Assembly: GCA_038207085.1 (NCBI GenBank)
Contig: JBBRAE010000002.1
Location: 128,001 to 192,000 of the forward strand
Direction of reading: 5' to 3'
DNA length: 64,000 nt
Source: Armatimonadota bacterium
GTDB lineage: Bacteria; Armatimonadota; UBA5829; DTLH01
Within the stretch, counting starts at the first letter, position 1; each line of letters starts with the position of its first letter. Both the position numbers and the translations under genes were made by a program. Under the pieces are notes generated by a model that was not told the DNA's origin, searched no databases, and worked only from the letters and a program-made list of their open reading frames with translations. Positions 47,107 to 56,721 of the stretch are shown here, piece after piece.

Positions 47107-50100
47107 TTATTTTTGTGGGTTCTCCGGCACGCGCCACTCTGCAGCGTCTTCTTTGGTGGGGGCGGCGACTAGCATTTTTGTGCCGTAGGGCTCGGTAAAG
47201 GTTATCTCGGCTGCACCGTCTGTGGAGTTGACCGGCTCGCCGGTTTCGGCGTCCATCCACGCGCGGCAGTTCGCAAAGCTCACCTTGGCGGTTGTGGGCT
47301 CGGGGCTGTAGCTTTGCAGGACGAGCATTGCGCGGGGCTCGCTTGTCCGGCGCATCGCGAGCCACTTTACCTGCTCGTTTGAGATGTAGACTGGTGGGTT
47401 TTCCGACCAATAGTTGAATACTTCGACTTCGGGCTTGCCGTAACCGAAGGCTAGTATGAAGCGGTCGAGCGAGTCGTTCCAGGGGTCGAGGCGGTTGCCG
47501 ATCTCGTGCACGAGGCGCATCCCCCATTCGCGCCGGGGGGTGGCGTCTGTTCCACCGATCGAAAAATGAGCGTGGGCCGGGACGCCGACTTGCCTGCCGA
47601 CGGTCTCGGTCAGTAGCAGGTCGGGGGGCATGACTATGCTCTTCTTGCCGGTCGCGGGGTCAGAGATCGACCACTCGAGGTCGAGGTTCGCGGTGGTCCA
47701 GGTGTTTAGCGGCAGGACTAGCGTGTTTGTCATGTGCTGGGTGAACCAGACCGGTGGGGTCATTCCGCGCTCGTTGTACTCATTTATGAGGGCCCAGATG
47801 CGCTTGTAGTACTCGCGTTGCGCCCAGATCGTCACAGCGGGCTGGATTTGGCCTGTTTCGGTCAGGTGCGCATCGGACATGGTCGGGCTAAAGCTTGTGT
47901 GGGGCCAGGTGTTGTCGAAGTAGAGGCTCACCCCGCGCTTCAGGAGTTCGTTTGCGTAGTAGACCGAGAAGTCGACCAGGCTTGGACAAAACGTGTTGCC
48001 GATGGCCTGGCCAGTCTGTCCGGTCGCGAGCTGGTGGGGGGAATCGTAGACGACGCGGGAGGTTTCGCGCCGGGGCCACGCGCCGCTATACTCGCGGGCC
48101 ATCCACTCGTCTGAGAACTGGTCGAAGTCGTGGTGGTTTGGGTTGGTCCAGTGCTCTTCGAAATAGTTGGTGGTCCAAGTTGGGCAGGCTTTCCACTTGG
48201 CGAGCCATGCGTAAGGGGCGGCGTTTTCGGGCCAACCCTGGGCTTCAAGCTCGCGGGCTTTGTCGTCGAGGAACGTGAGGTCTGCGGGCGAGGCGCTGGT
48301 TTCGCGCTTCTTGGCGCTGATGAAGCTGTCGACAAGCGACATATCCCCGCCGAAGGGGAACTTGTCGCAGCAGAACATCGCCCCGATCACGCTCATCCGG
48401 CCCCAGCTTGCGAAGCGGTCTACGGCTCGGAAGTCGGGCATCATGGGCCGGGTCGGGGATGCCTGCAGGCCGAAGACCAGGCTGCGCGGGGCGGTGATGG
48501 TGGTCGGTTTGTTGATAATATAGATTCGCAGCACCAGCTTGCCCTTTTCGCGGGTCAGGACCTGAGCGGGTTTTTGGGTGTCCGGGAGCCACCCCTTGTC
48601 GCTTTCGGCAAACCAGGCGAGACCACGCTCGGGGCCGCCGAGCCAGATGTAGGGGATGAATGGGTTGACGCTGAAGACCTTGTCCGGGCGTATGTTTTCG
48701 CTCGTCCAGATGACGCCGTCCCGGCTTTCGGTGCCGGGTTGCACGCTCCAAGTTGGCGGGCGCTTGTCGATAAACTCGGGCTGGCCGGTCTCCCAGACGA
48801 TTTTGCCGCCGCTTGGAGTGCGCCCCGCGTAGTTTCGACGGATGTTGTTGAAGACTGTGTAGTGAAAGAGCGGCGTTTCGCTTTCGAGGTAGGGGATCTC
48901 GATCCACATTCGCCGGACCTCTTCGGGGAGGCTCCCGGGCTTGATCTGCATCTCGACTTTGGCGCAGCCGTCGTACTCCACGCTTGTCTTTGACTCGACC
49001 CTGAGCGCGCCTGCGTCGGCGCGGGATTCGTAGACTGCGAGGTGGGGCTCGGCTGTTGTGAAGTAGCCGCCGGTCACTTCCCAGCTTTTCATGCCCTCAG
49101 CAGTCTCGCATCTTAGCGCGATATTGTCTGCGAGGATGTCGCGGCCCAGGCTTACGACCCGGTTGAACATGCCAAAGCCATTCATCTCGTACCTTCGCCC
49201 GCTTGACAGCATCACCTCGTGCATAGTGACCGAGAGCGGCTCAAATGGTGGGTAGATCTTGTCGCTTACGCCCAGGCGGTTGTTCTCCCAGACGGTGCGA
49301 GCCCGTTCAAGGGGTATTGCCGCCGCCCGCGTGCCTCCGTGGAGGGTGATTCGGGTCTCGTAGACGCCGTCTTTTAAGTTGGGGAGCGTGATCGTTGTCT
49401 CGGCGTATTTTCTTTGGTCGAATTCGAGCTGTGCGCGGGCGATCTCCTCGCCGGTGCGCCTTGATATTACCTTCGCCGTCGCCGCGCTCACCCCTCGGAC
49501 TTCGTCGGGGTAGGGGTAGGTGGAGAGGTCTGCCGCGACCAGCAGCTTGCCTGAGGTAGGGTAGAACGAAATCTGGCAGCTTCGTGCGAGGAGCTCTTCT
49601 CGAAGCGTTGGTGCGTCGCCGAGGGCGATCACTTCTGAGGCGGGCAATAGCTCTCGGGTGCGCTCGTCGACCGGGTTTGCCGATTCCTTCGCACTCACCT
49701 GCGAGGAGCGGGCGTAGCCAAACTTGCCAGCAGAGACGACGTTTCCGCGTGAGCCCGAGAGCGTGCGCGTGGCTAGGGTGTCGTCGCGCCCGATGTAGAG
49801 GACGGCCCCGCCGGAGACTTGGACGCTCTCGAACTTGTAGGAGGACGGGCCGAGGTCGCGAAGGCTCGTGCAGATGTCGTTCATTGAGCGGCTTGAGCCG
49901 CCGTTGTTAGCGACAATGAGCGCGCCTGCGCTCTTGCCCGGGGTCTTGACGTACACCGTGCCTGCCGCAGCCTTTGGGGACCACTTTCCGGCCCCACCGA
50001 ACGCCTGCAGGCGGACGAATGTTGACTTTGCGCCGGTCAAAACGACCGAAACCCTTCCCCCGCCACCTCCGCCTCTTCCCTGGCCGAGGCCGGGGGCGTC

Positions 50101-51063
50101 GCTTCCGTTTGCACTGACGACACCGCTTCCGACAAGCGCGAAGGTCTTTATGTAGACGGAGCCTCCGCTTGCGCCGGTCTCGCCTGCAAGCCCGCCATCA
50201 GCGGATATTTTGCCGTGGAGCACCGTTTTGCCTTTGACTGCGAGCCTGATCGCCCCGCCTCCGAAGGCCCCTTTGCAGGTGTAGAGGCTTGCCTTTTCGC
50301 TCCAGACCTCGCCTGGGTTCCCGAGCACCTTTGCGCCGCTTCCCAGGCTCGTGGGCTCGGTTATGGAGCCGTAGGCGCCGCCTGCGGGGAACTGCCACCT
50401 GCCGGAGCCCGGTGGGTCGGTCCAAGACCAGTGGGGGTGGCCGGTGAATCGGCCTTTGGGGTCGCGGTAGACTCCCGCGCCGCGCCCACCGTGGCCTGCG
50501 CCTGCGGGGGAGAGAAGCATCCCTGAGTCGGTGTGCCAGGTGGGGATTGTGGGGGTGCCGGGGCCTTCGGCGAATCCCTGTGCGTCGGCGCTTATGCTTC
50601 CAAGGACGGTGAGGCTTCCCCCGACAGTGATCGTGCGGCCCCTGCCTTCCCCCGCAGTCGATGACCTCGTGCAGATGATGGAGGCCCCCTTGGCGACTGA
50701 TGTGTTCCCTGCGACGTAGAGCGCGCCGCGTTGGTCAGGCGTAAAGCTCCACGTGCCGCCGAGGATTCTCAAATCGGCCTTGACCTTGAGGTCACGCTCC
50801 TGGGTGATCGTTCCTTTGTAGCCAGGGAGCACTTTGACGGTGCCGACTTGGCCCGCGTAGGACTTGTCGATGGTTGCGTCGCTTGGCGCTCGACCATCGA
50901 ATATGGCTGTGTCGGCGGGGCCGGGGACGCCTCCCTTCCAGTTGGCTGCGTCTGACCACACGCCCGGTTTTGTGGCGGCCCAGAAACGGTCGGCGGCCCC
51001 TGCTGCAAGCGTTTGTGCGAGGAGCAATAGGGCAATCAGGGTGCATCGGGTGTTCCGGGACAT
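47107..51063 (-). CDS. Large secreted protein: Gly-rich N-terminal domain plus DUF6067-like putative glycoside hydrolase
   Basis: Signal peptide; GAGHGG/GGGAI/SGGSV/GGGGGRV repeats; YDG, GLAWFAESDKGW, FGLQASP, YFDN, QHMT motifs. Confidence 0.65.
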   Translation of the reverse strand: MSRNTRCTLIALLLLAQTLAAGAADRFWAATKPGVWSDAANWKGGVPGPADTAIFDGRAPSDATIDKSYAGQVGTVKVLPGYKGTITQERDLKVKADLRILGGTWSFTPDQRGALYVAGNTSVAKGASIICTRSSTAGEGRGRTITVGGSLTVLGSISADAQGFAEGPGTPTIPTWHTDSGMLLSPAGAGHGGRGAGVYRDPKGRFTGHPHWSWTDPPGSGRWQFPAGGAYGSITEPTSLGSGAKVLGNPGEVWSEKASLYTCKGAFGGGAIRLAVKGKTVLHGKISADGGLAGETGASGGSVYIKTFALVGSGVVSANGSDAPGLGQGRGGGGGGRVSVVLTGAKSTFVRLQAFGGAGKWSPKAAAGTVYVKTPGKSAGALIVANNGGSSRSMNDICTSLRDLGPSSYKFESVQVSGGAVLYIGRDDTLATRTLSGSRGNVVSAGKFGYARSSQVSAKESANPVDERTRELLPASEVIALGDAPTLREELLARSCQISFYPTSGKLLVAADLSTYPYPDEVRGVSAATAKVISRRTGEEIARAQLEFDQRKYAETTITLPNLKDGVYETRITLHGGTRAAAIPLERARTVWENNRLGVSDKIYPPFEPLSVTMHEVMLSSGRRYEMNGFGMFNRVVSLGRDILADNIALRCETAEGMKSWEVTGGYFTTAEPHLAVYESRADAGALRVESKTSVEYDGCAKVEMQIKPGSLPEEVRRMWIEIPYLESETPLFHYTVFNNIRRNYAGRTPSGGKIVWETGQPEFIDKRPPTWSVQPGTESRDGVIWTSENIRPDKVFSVNPFIPYIWLGGPERGLAWFAESDKGWLPDTQKPAQVLTREKGKLVLRIYIINKPTTITAPRSLVFGLQASPTRPMMPDFRAVDRFASWGRMSVIGAMFCCDKFPFGGDMSLVDSFISAKKRETSASPADLTFLDDKARELEAQGWPENAAPYAWLAKWKACPTWTTNYFEEHWTNPNHHDFDQFSDEWMAREYSGAWPRRETSRVVYDSPHQLATGQTGQAIGNTFCPSLVDFSVYYANELLKRGVSLYFDNTWPHTSFSPTMSDAHLTETGQIQPAVTIWAQREYYKRIWALINEYNERGMTPPVWFTQHMTNTLVLPLNTWTTANLDLEWSISDPATGKKSIVMPPDLLLTETVGRQVGVPAHAHFSIGGTDATPRREWGMRLVHEIGNRLDPWNDSLDRFILAFGYGKPEVEVFNYWSENPPVYISNEQVKWLAMRRTSEPRAMLVLQSYSPEPTTAKVSFANCRAWMDAETGEPVNSTDGAAEITFTEPYGTKMLVAAPTKEDAAEWRVPENPQK

Positions 51064-51178
51064 ACGGGTCATCCTCCGTTGGAGCGGGTGTCTAACAAGA
51101 GTAAAGCAGAGAGTGGGGAAGTTTGTCAATGTTGAGGTGGCTGACTTTATTTGGGGTGTTTGCCTATTGTCCCAAAAC

Positions 51179-51207
51179 AAAGCGGCGTCGAGCCGCCGCA
51201 CTCCACA
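51179..51207 (+). repeat. Single AAAGCGGCG...CCGCACTCCA REP unit
   Basis: Same family as 10249-10364 and 53194-53346. Confidence 0.65.
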
Positions 51208-51239
51208 ACGTAGTATAATAAGAGCCAGGAGGGCATGTT

Positions 51240-52001
51240 ATGGGCGCTGTTGGTATTGTTGCGGGTTCGGGGCTTGAGATGGCTCCGCCGTTTGTGGGCT
51301 GGGAGACCGTTTCGGCTAAAAGCCGGTTTGGTGTTATCGAGGTTCGCCGTGGGGAGATTGGCGGGCGGACGGTGCTTTTTTGCCCCAGGCATGGAAGCGA
51401 GCATACCGTTCCTCCGCATCTGGTGAACTACCGCGCGATTATTGCGGGGCTTAGCGCGCTTGGGGCGGATCGGATCATCGGCACGGCGGCGGTTGGGTCG
51501 CTGTCATGCGACATTCGGCCAGGGACGGCGGCGGTTCTAACCGACTTTATGGACTTCACCCGGCGCGGCCCCGTCACGTTCGCCGACGGCGGAGCTGAAG
51601 GCTTTGCTCACACGGATTTGTCCGAGCCCTACTGCCCGGATATCTCGGGCGCGCTGCTCCACGCCTGCGGGGACTCAGGGATCGAGGTTACTACCCCCTG
51701 CACCTACATCTGCGTCGACGGGCCTCGCTATGAAACCCCCGCCGAGATCACGATGTACAGGCGCTGGGGAGCGGATGTGGTCGGGATGACCAACGCGCCC
51801 GAGGCGATTCTGGCCCGCGAGGCGGGCGTCTGCTACGGCGCGGTCGCGGTGATTACCAACTTCGCCTGCGGGATCTCCCAGATGAAGCTTTCGCATCAGG
51901 AGGTGCTTGCGGCGATGGGCTCGGTCCAGGACAGGCTCGTTCGTGCGCTTGTGTTGGCTGTTGAGAAGATTCCCGGCGAGCGCGGATGCTCCTGTAGATG
52001 A
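51240..52001 (+). CDS. mtnP: MTAP-family purine nucleoside phosphorylase (probably 6-oxopurine/methylthioinosine type)
   Basis: GSG, PRHG..H.VPPH.VNYRA, GPRYETPAE, VGMT..PEA.LARE, VITN. Confidence 0.85.
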   Translation: MGAVGIVAGSGLEMAPPFVGWETVSAKSRFGVIEVRRGEIGGRTVLFCPRHGSEHTVPPHLVNYRAIIAGLSALGADRIIGTAAVGSLSCDIRPGTAAVLTDFMDFTRRGPVTFADGGAEGFAHTDLSEPYCPDISGALLHACGDSGIEVTTPCTYICVDGPRYETPAEITMYRRWGADVVGMTNAPEAILAREAGVCYGAVAVITNFACGISQMKLSHQEVLAAMGSVQDRLVRALVLAVEKIPGERGCSCR

Positions 52002-52004
52002 GTA

Positions 52005-52032
52005 GCAGGCGGGACAAGTCTGCCCCGCCTGC
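52005..52032. terminator. Hairpin between convergent genes
   Basis: gcaggcggg...cccgcctgc. Confidence 0.55.
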
Positions 52033-52037
52033 TGAAG

Positions 52038-52391
52038 TTATTCAGACTCGATATCGGCTGTGCGGCTGATCGCGGCAACCGACTGCTCGATCTTGAACCT
52101 TGTCTCGTCGAGAAGCTGCTGCCTTTCACCGCCGAGCGCGAGCTGTGCGCTGTCTGTCGCGTCTTCGATGTATCGCAGCGATTCGTCGATCGCAAGCTGG
52201 TAGTCGCCGGACTCGGAATAGTCCATCGCCTCTTCAAGCCTGTCCCTGGCTTCGACGCCGTAACGGATGGCGGCGTGGATGGCCTCTTTGACTTCGTCCT
52301 CGGCATCGGTGTTCGCGGCGAGCTCCACCTGCATCGACATCTCACTTATGATCGATCGCGCATCAGCAAGAAGTATTTCCATTTCGTCCAT
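52038..52391 (-). CDS. Acidic helical hypothetical protein
   Basis: AAGGA RBS; 117 aa amphipathic helical composition. Confidence 0.65.
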   Translation of the reverse strand: MDEMEILLADARSIISEMSMQVELAANTDAEDEVKEAIHAAIRYGVEARDRLEEAMDYSESGDYQLAIDESLRYIEDATDSAQLALGGERQQLLDETRFKIEQSVAAISRTADIESE

Positions 52392-52774
52392 AGATCACAT
52401 TCCTTTCCCCAACGGCGCAAGCGCCGTCATTGACAGCTGCAAATATCTGCAAAATAGCAAGCGCGGATAGTGCCAGGGGCCTGCCTTTCACTCTGCCGAT
52501 GTGGATACCCACAAGCGTGCAAGGGCCAAACTGAGACGATTTAGCAAAAGTACGAGTTGACGCGGGGCCTGAAGCCTGCTATCAATAGTATAGTGCTTGC
52601 GAAAAGCAAGTTTTTAGCCGCCACAAGAGCGGAACCGAAGGACGAGAATGAAAATGACACAAACCGCCATTTTCAAAGGAGAAAAAGAGTTATGCATACA
52701 CTGTTGGCCGCAGCCAGTTGGTTTGCGGTGCTGTTCATCGTGGTTGTTCCGCCGAACGCCGCGTCTGTTGCGGT

Positions 52775-53185
52775 TTAGGCCCATTGGCCGAGGATTTTCA
52801 AGAGATGGACTCCGAATTCAGGATCAAGGGCACGTTCGGCGCGGGCGCCGATGAGCTCGATTATGATAACATCGAGGACCAGGTAGACGCTCATACCTTC
52901 CCTGGGACAGCCGACGAGCGCGCCGTTCTCGCGTCCGATCCCTGCGTGGAAGTGGAGGAGCGGCTTACCGTCATGCGGGAATATGGCGCCAAATCCGACA
53001 AGTTTCCGTGCATCGTCGAACTCCTCAATATGAGGTATCACCTTGCCAGTCACTTCTTTTGGGCCGGTGACGACCTTTCCGGAGCGGATCCCGCCGACTG
53101 CGAGGACAGCGGCGGACTCGATGTTCTCCCGTCCGGCTATCTCCTGCACTGAATCGTAGACCGATTCCTCGTCGTGGGGGCGTGG
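52775..53185 (-). pseudogene. PPC/DUF296 domain protein, N-terminus missing next to a REP element
   Basis: IESAAVLAVGG, GKPLLHFHAGIG, VYLVLDVII motifs; only in-frame upstream start lies inside the repeat. Confidence 0.65.
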
Positions 53186-53193
53186 TTTTCCTC

Positions 53194-53346
53194 TATGTGG
53201 AGTGCGGCGAGCAATCGCCGCTTTGTTGTTGGGCGACAGCAAGGCGCGCAAGCGCCATATTATCGCCGGCTGGAAGATTTGTGAAAGCGGCTCTCGCAAG
53301 CCGCACTCCAAAGTTAGCTTGATCGCTGCCGATAATTCCTACATGC
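53194..53346 (-). repeat. TGGAGTGCGG/CCGCACTCCA REP-doublet element, copy 2 (longer)
   Basis: Reverse complement matches 10249-10364. Confidence 0.8.
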
Positions 53347-53405
53347 GCCCCTCATCTTGTCGGGTTTGACGATGCGGGTTGGGCATGGTAGAATCGTGCG
53401 TGGCC

Positions 53406-54509
53406 GTGGTCAGTAATTCTATCAAAATTCTTCATGTGGTTCGTAGAGCCGAGGGTGGCATACTTGCGCACGTCTCGGCGCTCCTCGGGGGGCTGGACTC
53501 TGCGTTTGTGCAGTCCGTCGCCGCCTCTCCTGAGGCCCTGATCTCGTTTGAGGCATTGGGGGCCGACAAGTTGCTTCCAATTGATATCGGTGATCGGCTC
53601 GGGCTTCGCACACTCTTTCAGGCGGTCTCTATTGCGAGGTCTGCCAGACGCGCAGGCGTCGACATCATCCACGCTCATGGCTACAAGGCCGCCGTTCCCA
53701 CGGTTATCGCGGCGCGTATGGCGCGTGTGCGCTCAGTCGTCACCGGGCACAACCTTTTCCCCGAAAACGCTTCTCTTCCTGCTCGGATTTCACTTAGACT
53801 CGTCGCGGCTTGCGCGGACAAAGTTATCGCCGTCTCTGGGGCGCTTGGCGGTTCGCTTATCGCAGCCGGTGTAGACCAGGGCAAGGTCGCGGTCGTGCCG
53901 TGTGGGATCGATACCGATGCGTGCGCGGGTGGGGACGGACCTGCGGCGAGGAGGTCGATCGATATCGCGACAAGCGAGCCTATGGTGCTTGCGGTCGCGC
54001 GATTGACCGGGGTCAAGGGGATCGAGTTTCTCATTCGGGCTGCGGGCTGGATCGGTGAGAAGCGCTCCGACGTGCGCTTTGTGGTCGCAGGTGACGGGCC
54101 GGATCGCGCCGAGCTTGAGCACGTAGCCGAGGGCGTCGCGCCGGGGGCGTTCAAGTTCCTGGGATACCGGGAGGACGTGCGTGATCTTGTGGCGGCGGCC
54201 GATGTCGTCGCGGTGCCATCTCTTGCCGAAGGCTACGGGCTGATGGCCGCTGAAGCTATGGCGGCGGGCCGGGCGGTTGTCGCCTCGCGGGTCGGCGGGC
54301 TCGCCGACAACATAAGCGACGGGGTGACCGGGGTTCTTGTGGCACCAGGGGACCCCGAGGCGCTTGCCGTGGCGATTATGTCGCTTCTGGACTCGCCGGA
54401 GAAGCGCGCGGCTCTTGGGGAGGCGGCGCGAGAATATGCGCAGCGGGAGCTTGGTATCGAAAAGATGTTTCGGCAAACCGAGGAGGTCTATCGTTGCGTC
54501 GTCTCTTGA
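53406..54509 (+). CDS. GT4 family glycosyltransferase
   Basis: ILHV...GG, IHAHG, ARL...KG, PSLAEGYG...EAMAAG; start approximate. Confidence 0.9.
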   Translation: MVSNSIKILHVVRRAEGGILAHVSALLGGLDSAFVQSVAASPEALISFEALGADKLLPIDIGDRLGLRTLFQAVSIARSARRAGVDIIHAHGYKAAVPTVIAARMARVRSVVTGHNLFPENASLPARISLRLVAACADKVIAVSGALGGSLIAAGVDQGKVAVVPCGIDTDACAGGDGPAARRSIDIATSEPMVLAVARLTGVKGIEFLIRAAGWIGEKRSDVRFVVAGDGPDRAELEHVAEGVAPGAFKFLGYREDVRDLVAAADVVAVPSLAEGYGLMAAEAMAAGRAVVASRVGGLADNISDGVTGVLVAPGDPEALAVAIMSLLDSPEKRAALGEAAREYAQRELGIEKMFRQTEEVYRCVVS

Positions 54510-56653
54510 TCGTGCTTGTAATTGTTCTATTTGCTTGCTCGGCGGCTGTATCGGCGGGACGGCTTGTCATCGTGACGGTGAACGGCGTTTCGCTTGATGA
54601 GCTTCTTGACCCACGCCAGAAGAATATTAACGCGCTTGTCGGGGACGGGGCGATCGGGGTGATGAATGCCCGCACCGCCTCAGGGGCCGACGAAGAGGTG
54701 GGGCGATACTCGATGGAAGGGGCATGTGCGACGATCGGGGCGGGCACCCGCGCTTCGGCTGGGGTCGATGCCCGTGAGGCGTTTGACGCAGGAGACTCCG
54801 ACCAGCAAAGACCGGTGCGGGAGACCTACGAGAGCCGGTCTGCCCATGACGCGGGAAACGCTGAAGTGCTCCATCTTGAGATCAACTCGCTTCGCTTTGA
54901 CAACGCCGACGCGCATTATCCAATCAAAATCGGCGAGCTTGGGACGCTTCTTCACCAGGCCGGACTGCGAACCGCCATAGTGGGGAACAGCGATCAGGCC
55001 GCGATCAAACACCGTGAGGCCGCTTTGATCGTCGCGGACGACGAGGGAGTGGTCGACTTCGGCGACGTTGGGCGCAGGCTCTCACAAAGGGACGATGGCT
55101 GGCCCTACAGCACCCGCACCGACTCAGGCAGGCTGATATCGGCCTACAGGGAGGCGATTCGGCGGGCTGATGTTGTTGTAGTCGACACCGGGGACACCTC
55201 GCGGGCGGCGAGTTACTCGTTGCTCTGCACCGCTTCGCAGGCCGAGATCTTTTCGCGAAGAGCGGTCGCTTCGGCGGACAGCATCATCGGGGCGCTGGTG
55301 CGCGAGCTGGATCTTTCCAAAGACAGGATTGTAGTCATCTCACCGAGCCCGTCGCCTGCGGCTGTTGCCAAAGGGGATTGCCTCGTGCCCGTGGTTGCGG
55401 CAGGGGCGGGGATCGCTCCGGGGCTGCTGTTTTCGCACTCGACGCGCACTCCGGGGTTGCTTACAAACGCCGATATCTCAGCAAGTGTTCTTGATTTCTT
55501 TGGGATAGCGCTACCGAGTTCGTTTGTCGGTAGACCCCTTTCCGTGCGATCCGGATCAGTCCCGGATGTCCGACAGGTGAACCACGACGCGATAATGGTC
55601 ACACTGCGCCAGCCCGCGATGCGGGGGATTTCGGTGTTTATGCTCGTGATGGTCGTTCTCGCTTCAGTCGGCGCGGTCTGGGGGAGGGGACGTCTCAGGT
55701 GGCCCGCATGGGTGGCGTTGCTTCCGACGGCCACTATTCTTGGGACGCTCTGGCTGCCTGCGTTCCTTGACGCAGGGCTTGTCTGCTCCGTCGCCGCGCT
55801 CAGCGCTTTGACCGCTTCTATCGTGCTTGTGGGTGGGACTGTTTTGCGCTCTCCCTGGAAGGTGTTTGTCTGGGTCTGCTTGGGCGTGATTTTGACGGTG
55901 CTTTTCGATGTTGCCCGGGGAAGCGAGCTCTTGCGCCACTCAATTATGAGTTACAGTCCGGTCGAGGGGGCACGCTACTACGGCATCGGAAACGAGCACA
56001 TGGGTAGCGCCATTGGGGCGGCGATGATATTTGCAGGCGTCCTCGCCTCGGCGATGCTCAAGCGCCCGAGGCTTCGGATGGTTACGCTTGGGGTGTTTCT
56101 CACCGCAGTGACGGCGGCTATCGGACTTCCTCCGCTTGGGGCGAACGCGGGGGGGGCGATGTCGGCGGCGGCGGCTGTTGCGGTGGGGTTGATCCTATGG
56201 CGCGGCAAAGGGGTCAGTCGTAAGTGTATACCGCTTGCCATTGTCGCGATTCCCGCGGCGCTTGGGCTGCTGCTTCTTTTCGATAGTTTCACTTCGGGGT
56301 CTTCCCAGTCCCATGTCGGGCGCGCGGCGAACCTGATCGCTTCTGGAGGACTTGTGGAGATGTTTGGGATCATCGAACGCAAGGCGGCGATGAACCTGAT
56401 GCTCCTGCAGTTTAGCCTTTGGAGCAAGCTATTGATAGGCTCGGTTGCGGCGGTTGTCGCTCTTCTTGCGATCGGTGAGCTTGGGGTGCTGTCGCGTCTG
56501 CGGGCCAACAGGTCGATTTTTTACGGGGTGGTCGCTGCCGGGGTGGGGGCTGTTGCGGCGTTCTTGTTCAACGACTCAGGCGTGGTCGCCGGAGCTACGG
56601 CGTTTATCTACGTCTGGACCGCGGTCCTGCTTGCCTCCCTGGCTACGAAATAG
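54494..56653 (+). CDS. Membrane protein with an alkaline-phosphatase-like extracellular domain and C-terminal TM bundle
   Basis: Signal peptide; STRTPGLLTNAD, GARYYGIGNE, GANAGG, NDSGV motifs. Confidence 0.7.
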   Translation: MRRLLIVLVIVLFACSAAVSAGRLVIVTVNGVSLDELLDPRQKNINALVGDGAIGVMNARTASGADEEVGRYSMEGACATIGAGTRASAGVDAREAFDAGDSDQQRPVRETYESRSAHDAGNAEVLHLEINSLRFDNADAHYPIKIGELGTLLHQAGLRTAIVGNSDQAAIKHREAALIVADDEGVVDFGDVGRRLSQRDDGWPYSTRTDSGRLISAYREAIRRADVVVVDTGDTSRAASYSLLCTASQAEIFSRRAVASADSIIGALVRELDLSKDRIVVISPSPSPAAVAKGDCLVPVVAAGAGIAPGLLFSHSTRTPGLLTNADISASVLDFFGIALPSSFVGRPLSVRSGSVPDVRQVNHDAIMVTLRQPAMRGISVFMLVMVVLASVGAVWGRGRLRWPAWVALLPTATILGTLWLPAFLDAGLVCSVAALSALTASIVLVGGTVLRSPWKVFVWVCLGVILTVLFDVARGSELLRHSIMSYSPVEGARYYGIGNEHMGSAIGAAMIFAGVLASAMLKRPRLRMVTLGVFLTAVTAAIGLPPLGANAGGAMSAAAAVAVGLILWRGKGVSRKCIPLAIVAIPAALGLLLLFDSFTSGSSQSHVGRAANLIASGGLVEMFGIIERKAAMNLMLLQFSLWSKLLIGSVAAVVALLAIGELGVLSRLRANRSIFYGVVAAGVGAVAAFLFNDSGVVAGATAFIYVWTAVLLASLATK

Positions 56654-56721
56654 GGCAGGAACCTTTCGGCCCTGCCCCATCTCAGTCTGCAGTATCCAGT
56701 AGGCCCGACAGTCTGTGCGGG

